DNA of 64,000 bases from Candidatus Moranbacteria bacterium GW2011_GWE2_35_2- (GTDB lineage Bacteria > Patescibacteriota > Minisyncoccia > Moranbacterales > UBA9337), in NCBI GenBank assembly GCA_000990585.1, contig LBQD01000003.1, positions 79,504 through 143,503 on the forward strand. The letters are read 5' to 3'. Under the pieces are notes generated by a model that saw only the letters and a program-made list of their open reading frames with translations, did not search any database and was not told where the DNA came from. This document shows, piece by piece, positions 25,951-36,601 of the stretch (position 1 is its first letter; the number at the start of each line of letters is the position of its first letter). Position numbers and translations under genes: made by a program.

Positions 25951-28263
25951 ATGTTTTTAAAGAGTCTTGAAATACAGGGGTTTAAGTCATTTGCCAATCG
26001 AACCGTGCTGGAATTTGATCCAGAGCGGGGTTTTGGCGATGTCGAGAAAAATGCTCAAGGGATTACGGCAATCGTCGGACCGAACGGAAGCGGAAAATCC
26101 AATGTTGCCGATGCGATTCGCTGGGTAATGGGGGAACAGTCGATGAAAAATTTGCGCGGAAAAAAATCCGAAGATATTATTTTTGCCGGATCAGGGAAAA
26201 AAGCCAGACTCGGAAGCGCTTGGGTAAAATTGAGCTTTAATAATTCACAAAAAAGAATTCCCTTGGATTTTTCGGAAGTTTCAGTGACGCGAAAAATATA
26301 TCGAAGTGGAGAATCGGAATATCTGATTAATGGCAGTCGGGTACGCCTCATCGATGTGGTGGATCTTTTGGCAAAAGCCGGAGTCGGAAAGGAAAGTTAT
26401 TGCGTGATCAACCAGGGGATGTCCGACGCTGTGCTTAATGCCAGCCATGCCGATAGAAGGACAATCCTGGAAGATGCTGCCGGAGTAAAACAATTTCAAA
26501 TCCAAAAAGAAAGAGCTTTAAAAAAACTCTTAAATACTAAAATAAATTTGGAAAGAGTATATGAACTCGCCAAAGAAATCGAACCGCATTTGCGGATGCT
26601 CAAACGGCAAGCGGAAAAATCAGCCCAAAGAAAGGAAGTCGAAGAAAAACTCAAAGAAGAGCAAGTGAAGCTCTATTCATTCTTGTGGCATAATTTTCAA
26701 AGAGAACGTAGCGGGTCATTTGAAGAAAAAGAGGAATTGGGGCGTCGAATGATGAATATTCAGCGCGAAGCGGACAAAATAAATGATGATCTAAAGAGTG
26801 AGTCAGGAGAGGTAAAGGATTCCAGCGGGCAGGAAAAATTTGAGCAAGAAAGAGGATTGGCATATCAAAAACTGAATGAATTGGAAAAACAGCGGGCGAT
26901 TATTGACGGTCGGATTGAAATCCTCGAAGAAAGAAAAGACCAGCAAAAAGTAATTCAAAGCATTCCCGTTGATCGAAAATATGTCAAAGGGCATTTGAGT
27001 GAAATTAAAAAAAATCATGAAAAATTGATTCAGAGATTGGAGAATGCGGAATCAATGGATCAATTGCAGGATATTTCCGAATTTGCGCGCGTCATCAGTC
27101 AATCTATATTTGAATTACTGGCGGATGTGGACAAGGGTGAAGCCAAGATAGAACAAATTTCGGGAAAATCAAAGGAGGAACTTGAAATTGTAGAAAAAAT
27201 TGAAATTTATCGAAAACAAAAAAGCAAAATCATAGAAGATATCGCTGATTTTAAGAAAAAAATTGAGCAAGTAGATTTGAAAATTAAGCAAGAAATTGAA
27301 AAAGATAAAAAAGCTCGAGAAAAATTTTTCCAATTAGAAGGTCAATTGCAATTGAAGCAGGCAGAATTGAACAGATTGCGGGATAGTTTTAACGAAGCTA
27401 AGATTCGTTTGGCGCGTGTTGAAGTCCGAGAGGAAGATTTGATTGAAGAGGTTAAGAATGAATTGCAGACAGAGGCGAAAAAACTTGAATATGACGGGAG
27501 TCCGGTTGATAAGGATAGGGCGGAAAGGGAAATAAGAAGATTGAAATTTCAAATGGAACAAATTGGAGGAATTGATCCGATGGTGATTCAAGAATATCAA
27601 GAAACGAAAGATCGTTTTGAATTTTTGAGCCAGGAATCGAAAGATTTGGAAAACGCTATTGAATCGCTCAAAAAAATTGCCAAGGAAATGGATCAGAAAA
27701 TTGATAAAGTTTTTGCCATCGCTTTTGAGCAGATAAACAAAGAATTTTCCAAATACTTCAAAATTATTTTTGGCGGAGGAAAGGCCGGGTTGATTAAAAC
27801 AAGAAAGCAGAAAAAAATAAAATTATCAGCGCAGGAGGATGTTGATAGTGAAAGTGGCGAGGAGAATATTTCTGAAGATGAAAATGATGAGAAGGCGGAG
27901 ATCGGAATTGATATTTCCGCTTGTCCTCCCGGCAAAAAAATTGCTAATTTGTCGATGTTGTCCGGAGGAGAAAGATCGCTTACCTCGATAGCGCTGTTGT
28001 TTGCCATTATTTCTTATAACCCACCGCCATTTACAGTCCTGGATGAAATTGAAGCGGCACTGGATGAGGCGAATGCAAAAAGATTCAGTCGAATTTTGCA
28101 GGAACTTTCCAGCGGAACGCAATTTATTGCTATTACGCACAATCGAGAAACAATGCGCCAAGCCTCTTTGCTTTATGGTGTGACGATGGGTGAAGATGGG
28201 ATTTCAAAAATTTTATCAGTCAAATTGGAACAAATAGGAAAGGGCGGAAAAATCAAGAAATAA
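25951..28263 (+). CDS. smc: Short SMC family ATPase (770 aa)
   Basis: GFKSF, GPNGSGKSN, LSGGE, LDEIEAALD; shortened coiled coil. Confidence 0.9.
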   Translation: MFLKSLEIQGFKSFANRTVLEFDPERGFGDVEKNAQGITAIVGPNGSGKSNVADAIRWVMGEQSMKNLRGKKSEDIIFAGSGKKARLGSAWVKLSFNNSQKRIPLDFSEVSVTRKIYRSGESEYLINGSRVRLIDVVDLLAKAGVGKESYCVINQGMSDAVLNASHADRRTILEDAAGVKQFQIQKERALKKLLNTKINLERVYELAKEIEPHLRMLKRQAEKSAQRKEVEEKLKEEQVKLYSFLWHNFQRERSGSFEEKEELGRRMMNIQREADKINDDLKSESGEVKDSSGQEKFEQERGLAYQKLNELEKQRAIIDGRIEILEERKDQQKVIQSIPVDRKYVKGHLSEIKKNHEKLIQRLENAESMDQLQDISEFARVISQSIFELLADVDKGEAKIEQISGKSKEELEIVEKIEIYRKQKSKIIEDIADFKKKIEQVDLKIKQEIEKDKKAREKFFQLEGQLQLKQAELNRLRDSFNEAKIRLARVEVREEDLIEEVKNELQTEAKKLEYDGSPVDKDRAEREIRRLKFQMEQIGGIDPMVIQEYQETKDRFEFLSQESKDLENAIESLKKIAKEMDQKIDKVFAIAFEQINKEFSKYFKIIFGGGKAGLIKTRKQKKIKLSAQEDVDSESGEENISEDENDEKAEIGIDISACPPGKKIANLSMLSGGERSLTSIALLFAIISYNPPPFTVLDEIEAALDEANAKRFSRILQELSSGTQFIAITHNRETMRQASLLYGVTMGEDGISKILSVKLEQIGKGGKIKK

Positions 28264-28391
28264 AAAAAACAATATTATTGTGTTGCAAACATCAGAAATT
28301 TGAAATAATGCTTGCGCTTGCTTGTGAAAGCGATTGTGGTATAATATTAAGTAAGTTAAGTTTTATAAAAAAAAATTAAAAACAAAAAAAT

Positions 28392-28739
28392 ATGATGAAA
28401 AAGTATTATTCGTTAATTTTATTCGTAGTATTTGTTTTGGTGGCGGGAGCGATTTTATTATTTCAAAGCGGGAAGAATGAAAGATCAATAAATAATCAAG
28501 CACCGATTGTTTCTGAAGATGCGAATGTTGATTCTGAATTTTCTACTGAAAATTTAGGCAGTGAAATTGATAGTAATGATGAAAATGATGAAGTTGTTTC
28601 CGATCCTGAATATGCGGATTTGGAAAATGTTAGTGTTGATTTTGAGCAAGATGTTATTGAAACAGAAGATATTCTTGAAGATTATTCAAATTTGGATGGT
28701 GAGATTGATGCGGACTCCATTGATGATGATTTATTATAG
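28392..28739 (+). CDS. Membrane-anchored acidic hypothetical protein
   Basis: N-terminal TM segment and D/E-rich tail. Confidence 0.7.
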   Translation: MMKKYYSLILFVVFVLVAGAILLFQSGKNERSINNQAPIVSEDANVDSEFSTENLGSEIDSNDENDEVVSDPEYADLENVSVDFEQDVIETEDILEDYSNLDGEIDADSIDDDLL

Positions 28740-28775
28740 ATTCATAAATAATTATTAATTTTTTTAAATAAAAAA

Positions 28776-29615
28776 ATGAAAAAAATTTTTACAAAAAATA
28801 AAACAACCATTGTATTTTTCTCTTTCTGTTTGTTGTTTGCAGGAGTGGCCGGCGCTGCTAATAATGCAAACAATTCGAATATTGAAGATAAAAAAGATCA
28901 AATGCAACAAATAAAAGATGATCGTAAGGCAACAAGCCAAGATCGTATTTGTGATAGAATGGAAGAATTGGAGGGAAAAATTCAAACGAAATTAAAAACG
29001 AGAAGTGAAAATAGACAACAATTTAGAATAGAAAGCGAAAAACAACTTGAAGCAAAATTGCAGGAGCGTGAAGATGAATTAACCCAGAGACGTCAAGTTC
29101 GTGATCAATATCGAAGTGAATTCTATGCTCGATTACAAGAAAGAGTAAATAATCAACAACAAAAAGATGCCGTATCAGAATTTAAAAATGTTGTTGAGAA
29201 TGCTGTTAATACCAGAAGAGAAGCAGTTGATGATGCTTTGGATATTTTTCATGACGGAGTTCAGCAAGCTGTAGATTCAAGAAAAACTTCCATTGATAAT
29301 TTGATTACGGAATATGGAAAAAATAGAGAGCAATTAACAGCCGAAGTTCGTAAATTTTGCGAAACAAGCGGGGATGCCGTAAAGGCGAGACAAACTCTTC
29401 AAAATAGGTTGCAGCAAGCGAGAGAGGAATTTAAAGTTGATCAAAAAGAAGTTTCGAGCGTGGGGGATACAGTAAAAGAGTTGGCGCAAATAAAAAATGA
29501 AGCAATAAGGAAAGCTTCAGAAGTGTTTATGTCCGTGCTTAAAGATGCTCAAGAAAAATTGCAAACAGAATTAGGGGGGGCTGTCGTAGATAATGAGACT
29601 TCGATTTCCGAGTAG
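28776..29615 (+). CDS. Secreted coiled-coil protein
   Basis: Signal peptide; helical E/Q/K/R-rich sequence. Confidence 0.75.
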   Translation: MKKIFTKNKTTIVFFSFCLLFAGVAGAANNANNSNIEDKKDQMQQIKDDRKATSQDRICDRMEELEGKIQTKLKTRSENRQQFRIESEKQLEAKLQEREDELTQRRQVRDQYRSEFYARLQERVNNQQQKDAVSEFKNVVENAVNTRREAVDDALDIFHDGVQQAVDSRKTSIDNLITEYGKNREQLTAEVRKFCETSGDAVKARQTLQNRLQQAREEFKVDQKEVSSVGDTVKELAQIKNEAIRKASEVFMSVLKDAQEKLQTELGGAVVDNETSISE

Positions 29616-29753
29616 TTTCTGATGCAATATATCGTTATTTTAAAAATGGTGTATTGACATTTTGTTTGGCGTGATGTAGAATGCAATAGTAAAAAAATAA
29701 GCTTAAAAATAAGCATTTTTAAGTGTGCTTATTTATATTTAACCTAAAGAATT

Positions 29754-30152
29754 ATGTTGGTAATGAGATTTTCAAGAGTGGGAAAAAGGAATAAGGCGCA
29801 ATATCGAATCGTCGTTCAGGAGCATACTGCGAATCCGAAAGGAAAACATGTTGATATTGTTGGAAGTTATGATCCTCATTCAAAAAAGAGTGTTCTAAAA
29901 AAGGACAAAATAGAACAATGGATCAAAAACGGGGTTAAGTTATCCGACTCAGTGCATAATTTGTTTGTTTCCCAGGGAGTTATAAAAGGAGAAAAAAGAG
30001 CGGTAAAGATGCCAAAGAAAGAAGTTGAAGCTGTAGTTGAACCGGTTGCAGAAGTAGGTGCTAAAGCGGAAGAAAAGAAAGAGGAGATTAAAGTCGAAGA
30101 AAAGAAGGAAGATGCCGTAAAAGAAGAGACAAAGACCGAGGAAAAGAAATAG
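29754..30152 (+). CDS. rpsP: 30S ribosomal protein S16 with E/K-rich tail
   Basis: RFSRVGK...YRIVV...VGSYDP. Confidence 0.96.
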   Translation: MLVMRFSRVGKRNKAQYRIVVQEHTANPKGKHVDIVGSYDPHSKKSVLKKDKIEQWIKNGVKLSDSVHNLFVSQGVIKGEKRAVKMPKKEVEAVVEPVAEVGAKAEEKKEEIKVEEKKEDAVKEETKTEEKK

Positions 30153-30216
30153 TATTCGGCGTTGACAGATTGATGTTTCATAGTATATACTGAAAAAAAT
30201 TAAAAATTGAAGTTTT

Positions 30217-30360
30217 CCGCAGACAGCACCGACGCAATGTCGGTATTTCGACAGAAGTTGTCGGGATAGGCAGCTCAAAAAGCATAAGTCCAGCCGAGGA
30301 AAGATTTTTAGCGAAAGTTAATCTTCTTTATGCCTTGCTGCGGATTGTCCGCAGTTTTTA
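30217..30360 (+). ncRNA. L10 ribosomal leader with an inserted double hairpin at 30228-30267
   Basis: CCGCAGACAGC[insert]AGG...TAAGTCCAGCCGAGG upstream of rplJ. Confidence 0.7.
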
Positions 30361-30402
30361 TTTTTTCTAAGAATTACGAATTTTTTAAATTTAAATAATC
30401 CT

Positions 30403-30921
30403 ATGTTAACAAGAAAAAACAAAGAGCAAATCGTAAAAGATTTGACTGAAGAAATAAAATCCGCAAAATCTGTTGTTTTTGCTGATTTTAAAGGAGTTAA
30501 AGTTAATGAGTCAATAAAGCTAAAGAAAGAGTTAAAAAAAGAAGGTTCAAATCTCCGGGTGTATAAAAAGAATTTGATTGATATTGCTTTGAAAAATGCA
30601 AACGTTGATTTGAAGACAAAAGGAATGGAAGGGCAAGTTGCTGTTTCCATTGCCACTCAAGATGAAGTAAGTTCAGCGAGAATTATTGAGAAGTTTTCCA
30701 AAACCAATGAAAGTTTGAAAATATTGGGAGGAATTTTGGGGATTAAGGCTATGAGTGCGCAGGAAGTTATTGCTTTGGCGAAATTGCCAAGCAAGGAAGA
30801 ATTGCTGTCGAGATTGGTTGGAAGCTTGAGTTCTCCTATCCGAGGATTGATGAATGTCTTCCAGGGAAACCAGCGTTCATTGGTTCAAGTTTTAAAAGCC
30901 ATCAGTGAAAATAAGCAATAA
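30403..30921 (+). CDS. rplJ: 50S ribosomal protein L10
   Basis: LAKLPSKEELLSRLVG; upstream of rplL. Confidence 0.96.
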   Translation: MLTRKNKEQIVKDLTEEIKSAKSVVFADFKGVKVNESIKLKKELKKEGSNLRVYKKNLIDIALKNANVDLKTKGMEGQVAVSIATQDEVSSARIIEKFSKTNESLKILGGILGIKAMSAQEVIALAKLPSKEELLSRLVGSLSSPIRGLMNVFQGNQRSLVQVLKAISENKQ

Positions 30922-30981
30922 TTTAATAATAATTAATAGGTCGTATAAGACAAGTAAGACTTATAAGACGTATATAAAAGT

Positions 30982-31419
30982 ATGACTGAAGAAAAAAAAG
31001 TTGAAGCCACGGAGGCTAAAGAAGAGAAGAAGGAAGTAGAGGTTCCGGAAAAATTCAAAAAGCTTGTTGGGGAAATTGAGAAAATGAGCGTTTTAGATCT
31101 TTCGGAATTGGTGAAGGTTTTGGAAGAAAAATTCGGAGTTAGTGCTGCTGCTCCTATGATGATGGGTGCGATGCCTGCTGGCGGAGGAGAAGCTGTTGCT
31201 GAAGAGAAAACAGATTTTGATATTGAGTTGGTTGCAGCCGGAGAGCAAAAAATCAATGTTATCAAAGCTGTTCGTGAAATTACCGGACTTGGACTTAAAG
31301 AGGCCAAAGATATGGTTGATGCTGCGCCAAAAGTAATCAAAGAAAAAGTTGCCAAAGCGGAAGCGGAGGAAGTTAAAAAGAAATTGGAAGGATCTGGAGC
31401 GACTGTGAATTTAAAGTAA
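30982..31419 (+). CDS. rplL: 50S ribosomal protein L7/L12
   Basis: [30 protein letters not shown]. Confidence 0.98.
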   Translation: MTEEKKVEATEAKEEKKEVEVPEKFKKLVGEIEKMSVLDLSELVKVLEEKFGVSAAAPMMMGAMPAGGGEAVAEEKTDFDIELVAAGEQKINVIKAVREITGLGLKEAKDMVDAAPKVIKEKVAKAEAEEVKKKLEGSGATVNLK

Positions 31420-31437
31420 TATTCTGATAGTTTAGAA

Positions 31438-31474
31438 ATAAAAATCCTCGATATAAATTGAGGATTTTTATTTT
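31438..31474 (+). terminator. Terminator after rplL
   Basis: ATAAAAATCCTC...GAGGATTTTTAT. Confidence 0.75.
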
Positions 31475-31768
31475 GAGAAAATAATAGGTGTTTTTGTATA
31501 AAAATAATTCCGTTTACGCTTCCATCAATAAGACTTTGTCATACCAATTTGGCGCTCGCGGTTTCTTTTTTGCCCCCTTTTCCCTAACCCTAGAAAAGAA
31601 GATTCATTTCTCCGCGTTAGCGAAGAGGATTAGATTCGTTAGCACTTATTACTACTAATAAAGAGAGAAAAATATTTCAATATATAAGATATAACTATAT
31701 TGACTGAAATGCGAAATTACACTATAATAGAATGATTATTTGGAAATAATTATAATAAATAAAATACT

Positions 31769-32926
31769 ATGAAGTTGATTAATGATGTGAAAAATTTTAT
31801 TAAAAAAAGTCCAGTGGTATTTTTTATCGGTCTTCTATTGGTTTTGTTTGCGCTTATTTATATCGGAAACAAGTTTCGTGTTCCAAAGATGCAAGTTTCT
31901 CAAAATCAAGAAATGGTAAAAAATGTTTCCGTTTTTGATTTCAAGGATAATCCTCGACTAAATATACAAGCGAAAGTAGATAAAGAAAATATCGTGGAAT
32001 TGATTGCTCAGAAAAGCGGAATAATAAAAAGAATTTATGTCGATAATGGACAAAATATTTTTTCCGGAAATTCCATTGCATATATTAGCGATATTGTTGG
32101 AGGGGTAAGCAGCGCTTCTGTCGGTCTTGAAATTGCCAAAAGGCAAGAAGAAGCTTCTGATGAAAATATCAAACGACAGGAAAAGATATTCAAGAAACAA
32201 AAAGAAATTATTGATCACACTTCGGCACCAACAAAGAATGCTGAAAGACAGGAATATATTGATAAAAAACAAATTAGTGTGAATAAGGAAAATGCCAAAC
32301 TTGCAAATGAAATGAGTGAGTTTAGTCTGAAACAGGCGCAAATTTCAGCAGAATTGGCCAGAGTGAGTGCTCCGCAAAATGGAACAGTGGAAAAAATATT
32401 TGTCAATCCGGGTCAATTTGTGTTAGCCGGAACTCCAATCGCGCTTTTCCGTTCCGAAAAAGGTAGCTTGCTACTTGAAGCGAAAGTTTCAATTGATGTA
32501 GCCTCTATAATTTCAACAGAGGAATACTCTATGGTAAATATTGCAGGAGAAGAAGTTGAAATTAAGCCGATTTATATCTCAAGTGAGGCAACTGATTCCT
32601 ATCTTTATTCGATAATTTTCTGCTTGGATGAAAAATATTCAAATTCTATTGCTAATGAGTCATTCGTTTCTATTAATATTCCATTAGATAGATCAGTTTC
32701 TGAAAATTATTTTCACCCATTGGTTTCACTTGATACGCTTCAAATAACTCAAGAAGGAGCTTTTGCTTTTGTATTTGAAGACGGCGTGGCCAGAAGCAGG
32801 GAGTTGGATCTCGGAAAAGTTTTCGGGCAATATGTGGAAGTTATTTCTGGATTAAGCAAGGAGGATAAAGTGATAATTAACAGAAATGTTTTCGATGGAG
32901 ATAGAGTGTCAATAGATGCCAGTTAA
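31769..32926 (+). CDS. RND efflux membrane-fusion subunit (HlyD-like)
   Basis: TM anchor, lipoyl-like SAPQNGTV...GQFV, VEVISGL. Confidence 0.88.
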   Translation: MKLINDVKNFIKKSPVVFFIGLLLVLFALIYIGNKFRVPKMQVSQNQEMVKNVSVFDFKDNPRLNIQAKVDKENIVELIAQKSGIIKRIYVDNGQNIFSGNSIAYISDIVGGVSSASVGLEIAKRQEEASDENIKRQEKIFKKQKEIIDHTSAPTKNAERQEYIDKKQISVNKENAKLANEMSEFSLKQAQISAELARVSAPQNGTVEKIFVNPGQFVLAGTPIALFRSEKGSLLLEAKVSIDVASIISTEEYSMVNIAGEEVEIKPIYISSEATDSYLYSIIFCLDEKYSNSIANESFVSINIPLDRSVSENYFHPLVSLDTLQITQEGAFAFVFEDGVARSRELDLGKVFGQYVEVISGLSKEDKVIINRNVFDGDRVSIDAS

Positions 32927-32973
32927 TTTGTGTTTGAAAAACTATACTTTAAAAACGGCAATTACGAAATTAT

Positions 32974-35900
32974 ATGCAACAGAAAAAAGATTTATATATT
33001 GATAAGATAAAGTTTAATATTGAAAATTTCAGCAACCTTATTAAAGGATATCTTGGAAATATCCGCTTTGCCTTAATGTTGGTTATAATTTTGCTCGGGT
33101 CAGGAATTTTTAGTTATTTTACTTTATCAAGAACACTCAATCCAGAAGTAAAAATCCCGATTGTTTCCGTTTTTACTGCACTTCCCGGAGCTGGTCCGGA
33201 AGATATTGAATCCTTGATAACAATTCCTTTAGAGGATGAAATTCGCGGACTTACCGGAATTGACGCAATATCTTCTTCATCAAGAGAGGGTGTTTCGAGT
33301 ATTATGATTCAATTTCTATCTAATGTTGATCCTGATAAGGCAAAACAAGATGTGCAATCAACGGTGGATTCAGTCGTGAACTTACCTAAGGACGCGACGA
33401 CTCCCAGAGTGGAAAAATTAGATTTTGAGAATCAGCCAATTTGGACATTTTCAATTGTTTCAGAAACTGATCAAGCGACGCTTAATCGTTTTTCTAAGCA
33501 ATTGCGTGAAGATGTCGAAGATTTGTCGAAAATCGATCACGTCTCAGTGAATGGACTTGAAGAGCAAGAAATTCAAGTCCTTATTAAAGAGGAAGCTATT
33601 TCTCAGTATGGAATCAATCCATCTGCATTAGTGGCAACCATAAAAGCACAAACATCCTCTCATCCTGTCGGATTAGTTAATAGCGATCAATCTTCATTCT
33701 CACTTACAATTGATTCTCAGGTAATGTCAGTTAATGATATTCGTGACATAAACATAATTTTGTCTGGTGCTAGATATAAATTATCCGACATTGCCGTGAT
33801 AGCAGAGCGGTCAAAACCCGATCAATTCGGTGCTTTTTTGGCGAGACCAAATTCTCCAATTGAAAAATCAGTTAGTTTTAATATTTTCAAAACGAGTGAT
33901 GCAAATATTACTCAGGCTCAGAGCGATGCGGATGAATTAATAAAAGCTGAAATTGAAAAATATGGAGAAAAATTTGAATTGATTGATGTTTTTAGTACAG
34001 CCAAGGAATTGGAGATTCAGTTCGATGATTTGTTTTCAAGTTTTCGAAATACTATATTTTTAGTCTTCTTAGTTTTGTTGGTATTTTTTGGAATAAGGCA
34101 GGCAATAATTGCTTCTCTCACAATTCCACTTACATTTTTAGCAGCTCTTGTTGTCATGGATTTTAGTGGAATAACTTTAAATTTTCTTTCTTCATTTTCT
34201 TTATTGCTCTCTTTGGGTCTTTTGGTTGATGTGACAATCGTGATTATTTCTGCCATAACTTCATTTTATCGAAGTGGAAAGTTTTCTCCATATGAATCCG
34301 GGCTTCTGGTTTGGAAGGATTATCTTATTGCTTTGTCAACTACAACCCTGACAACGGTGTGGGCTTTCATCCCGCTTCTTTTAGCGAGTGGTATTATCGG
34401 AGAATTTATCAAACCAATTCCAATCGTTGTTTCTTCAACGTTGATTTCGGCGACACTTATTGGATTTTTTATAACTCTTCCCTTGATGGTATTTATTTTA
34501 AAACCGAGTTTTCCTTCAAGAGTAAGAATATTCTTCAGATTTTTGTTTGTAATTTTTGGAGGAGTTACTGTTTTTATAGCAGTTAAGGGAAGCGGATTGC
34601 TTTCGATTATCATGTTTGCATATGTTGCAATAATTTTATTTACTTATTCATTCAGAATATATTTGACACAATCTGCAAGGGACTATTTTTCAAATAGCCG
34701 ATTGATAAGTTGGATCTCCAAAGGAGCAGGTCAAATGATGGATAGCGGCTTAATAAGTATGCAGGTAGTCAGTGGATATTACCAAAGTATTTTGGAAAGA
34801 ATAATAGCTTCAAAAAAGAATCGGCGAAAGGTTGCCTTGATGGTAGTTTTATTTTCATTGTTTGCTTTTTCTCTTTTTCCTTTGGGGTTTGTCGTAAATG
34901 AATTTTTTCCAAAAGAAGATGTTAATGAGATATATGTGGATATTGAATATCCGGAGGGAACAAGAAAATCTGTTGTTCAAGAAAAATCTTTGGCTATTTT
35001 GAATGAATTGAAAGACACTCAACTTTCTGAGACAACACTTCTTCAAATTGGAGTGGGGTTTGATAGTCAGAATGGTCCCGGAGGCGTTTCTGGATCAAAC
35101 TTGGCTTTGTTCACGATTAATTTGATTGATAAGGATGATAGAGAGATTGGATCTGAGGAAATTTCCAAAAATATTCGAGAAAAATTTTCAAATTATACCG
35201 ATGGAAGATTGGCTGTAAATGTTCTTTCTGGAGGTCCTCCGGCAGGAAGCGATGTGCAAATAAAATATCTCGGGGATGATTTGACAGTACTGGATGATTT
35301 AGCAAATAGAACAGTTAATTATTTAAATGGTCAGTCTGGAATAGTCAATGCGGATAAGTCTATTAAATCCGGAACGGCAAAAATAGTTTTTATTCCCGAT
35401 AATGCAAAAATTGCCCAAGCGGGGATTACTCTTTCTGACATTGGAGCACAAATGAGAACTTTTGTCAGCGGTTTTGAACTTGATAATGATATTAATTTGA
35501 AAAATAATGGGAAAGATAAATATGATATTATTCTAAGGACTAATAGTGAGATGCAGAATGCTGATTCTTTGGGAAATGTTGTGATTGCTGTATCGAAAGG
35601 AAATGTTCCGCTGATGGCTCTGGGAGATTTGAAGTTAGCCTCAAATCCGACAATAATAACCAGAGAAGAAGGAAAAAGAAGTATTTCGGTTTCAGCCGGA
35701 GCGGCGGCTGGATTTTCATCCACAAAACTTAATGCTGATTTGGCCAATTTTGCTCAAAATGAATTGAATCTTCCTTCGGGTTATGAATGGAAAACTGGAG
35801 GGGCAAATGAGGAAAATCAGAAATCGGTTCAGTCAATTTTACGTGCAATGATTTTGTCATTTTTGTTGATTTTAGCAACTATGGTGATTCAATTTGGTTC

Positions 35901-36306
35901 CTTTCGAATGGCCATGTTGGTTTTACTGGTAATTCCTTTGGCAGTTTCGGGGGTATTTATTGTTTTTGCGCTCACGGGCGTTCCACTTTCTTTTCCAGCC
36001 TTAATTGGAGTTTTGGCTCTTTTTGGAATTGTGGTGAATAATTCGATTATTTTGATTGATAAAATTAAACTAAATTTGAATATTGGAATGGAGCTTAATG
36101 AATCGATTATTGAGGCATCAGTTAGTCGACTTGAGCCGATTGCCCTCAGTTCTATCACGACGATTGTCGGTTTGATTCCGGTAACGTTATCTAATGTTCT
36201 TTGGCAAGGTTTGGGCGGAGCGATAATCGCCGGACTAATTTTTTCCGGAACTATTATGCTTTTCTTTATTCCGGTAGTTTACAGAATGTGGTTCGGGAAA
36301 GAGTAG
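32974..36306 (+). CDS. RND transporter permease (AcrB family)
   Basis: 1110 aa; GLLVD, GIVVNNSIILID, RLEPI. Confidence 0.95.
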   Translation: MQQKKDLYIDKIKFNIENFSNLIKGYLGNIRFALMLVIILLGSGIFSYFTLSRTLNPEVKIPIVSVFTALPGAGPEDIESLITIPLEDEIRGLTGIDAISSSSREGVSSIMIQFLSNVDPDKAKQDVQSTVDSVVNLPKDATTPRVEKLDFENQPIWTFSIVSETDQATLNRFSKQLREDVEDLSKIDHVSVNGLEEQEIQVLIKEEAISQYGINPSALVATIKAQTSSHPVGLVNSDQSSFSLTIDSQVMSVNDIRDINIILSGARYKLSDIAVIAERSKPDQFGAFLARPNSPIEKSVSFNIFKTSDANITQAQSDADELIKAEIEKYGEKFELIDVFSTAKELEIQFDDLFSSFRNTIFLVFLVLLVFFGIRQAIIASLTIPLTFLAALVVMDFSGITLNFLSSFSLLLSLGLLVDVTIVIISAITSFYRSGKFSPYESGLLVWKDYLIALSTTTLTTVWAFIPLLLASGIIGEFIKPIPIVVSSTLISATLIGFFITLPLMVFILKPSFPSRVRIFFRFLFVIFGGVTVFIAVKGSGLLSIIMFAYVAIILFTYSFRIYLTQSARDYFSNSRLISWISKGAGQMMDSGLISMQVVSGYYQSILERIIASKKNRRKVALMVVLFSLFAFSLFPLGFVVNEFFPKEDVNEIYVDIEYPEGTRKSVVQEKSLAILNELKDTQLSETTLLQIGVGFDSQNGPGGVSGSNLALFTINLIDKDDREIGSEEISKNIREKFSNYTDGRLAVNVLSGGPPAGSDVQIKYLGDDLTVLDDLANRTVNYLNGQSGIVNADKSIKSGTAKIVFIPDNAKIAQAGITLSDIGAQMRTFVSGFELDNDINLKNNGKDKYDIILRTNSEMQNADSLGNVVIAVSKGNVPLMALGDLKLASNPTIITREEGKRSISVSAGAAAGFSSTKLNADLANFAQNELNLPSGYEWKTGGANEENQKSVQSILRAMILSFLLILATMVIQFGSFRMAMLVLLVIPLAVSGVFIVFALTGVPLSFPALIGVLALFGIVVNNSIILIDKIKLNLNIGMELNESIIEASVSRLEPIALSSITTIVGLIPVTLSNVLWQGLGGAIIAGLIFSGTIMLFFIPVVYRMWFGKE

Positions 36307-36341
36307 GGGAGAAAAAAATCAAATATCATTTTTGTGAAAAA

Positions 36342-36382
36342 TAAAAACCCCGAAGTGGCAAAATGCGCCACGCGGGGTTTTA
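36342..36382. terminator. Bidirectional terminator
   Basis: AAAAACCCCG...CGGGGTTTT between convergent genes. Confidence 0.65.
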
Positions 36383-36601
36383 ATGTCGAGATATAAATTC
36401 TTTATATGCTCGACAATAAGGACAATTTGAGTCTTCGCAGACCTGTCCTTTCGTGAGATGTCTCTCCTTTCTATGCTCACAATAGCCAGGAGGAAATCCT
36501 GGAGGAAGGGAGAAATCATCACAATGAGGAATATAGCCTATCTTTACTCCAATGAAATAGGCTATATCCATGAGTAATTTAGATATTTTCATGGTTGCCA
36601 T
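36380..36601 (-). CDS. Small Cys/His-rich hypothetical protein
   Basis: GGAGG SD; CEH...CEDSNCPYC. Confidence 0.5.
   Translation of the reverse strand: MATMKISKLLMDIAYFIGVKIGYIPHCDDFSLPPGFPPGYCEHRKERHLTKGQVCEDSNCPYCRAYKEFISRH

Noticed and set aside
31500-31660. Possible ncRNA in the rplL-RND intergenic region
   Set aside because: Slightly GC-richer, but I found no convincing structure or motif.
31769-36306. RND pump without TolC as a novelty
   Set aside because: TolC-less RND/MFP pairs are ordinary in monoderms.
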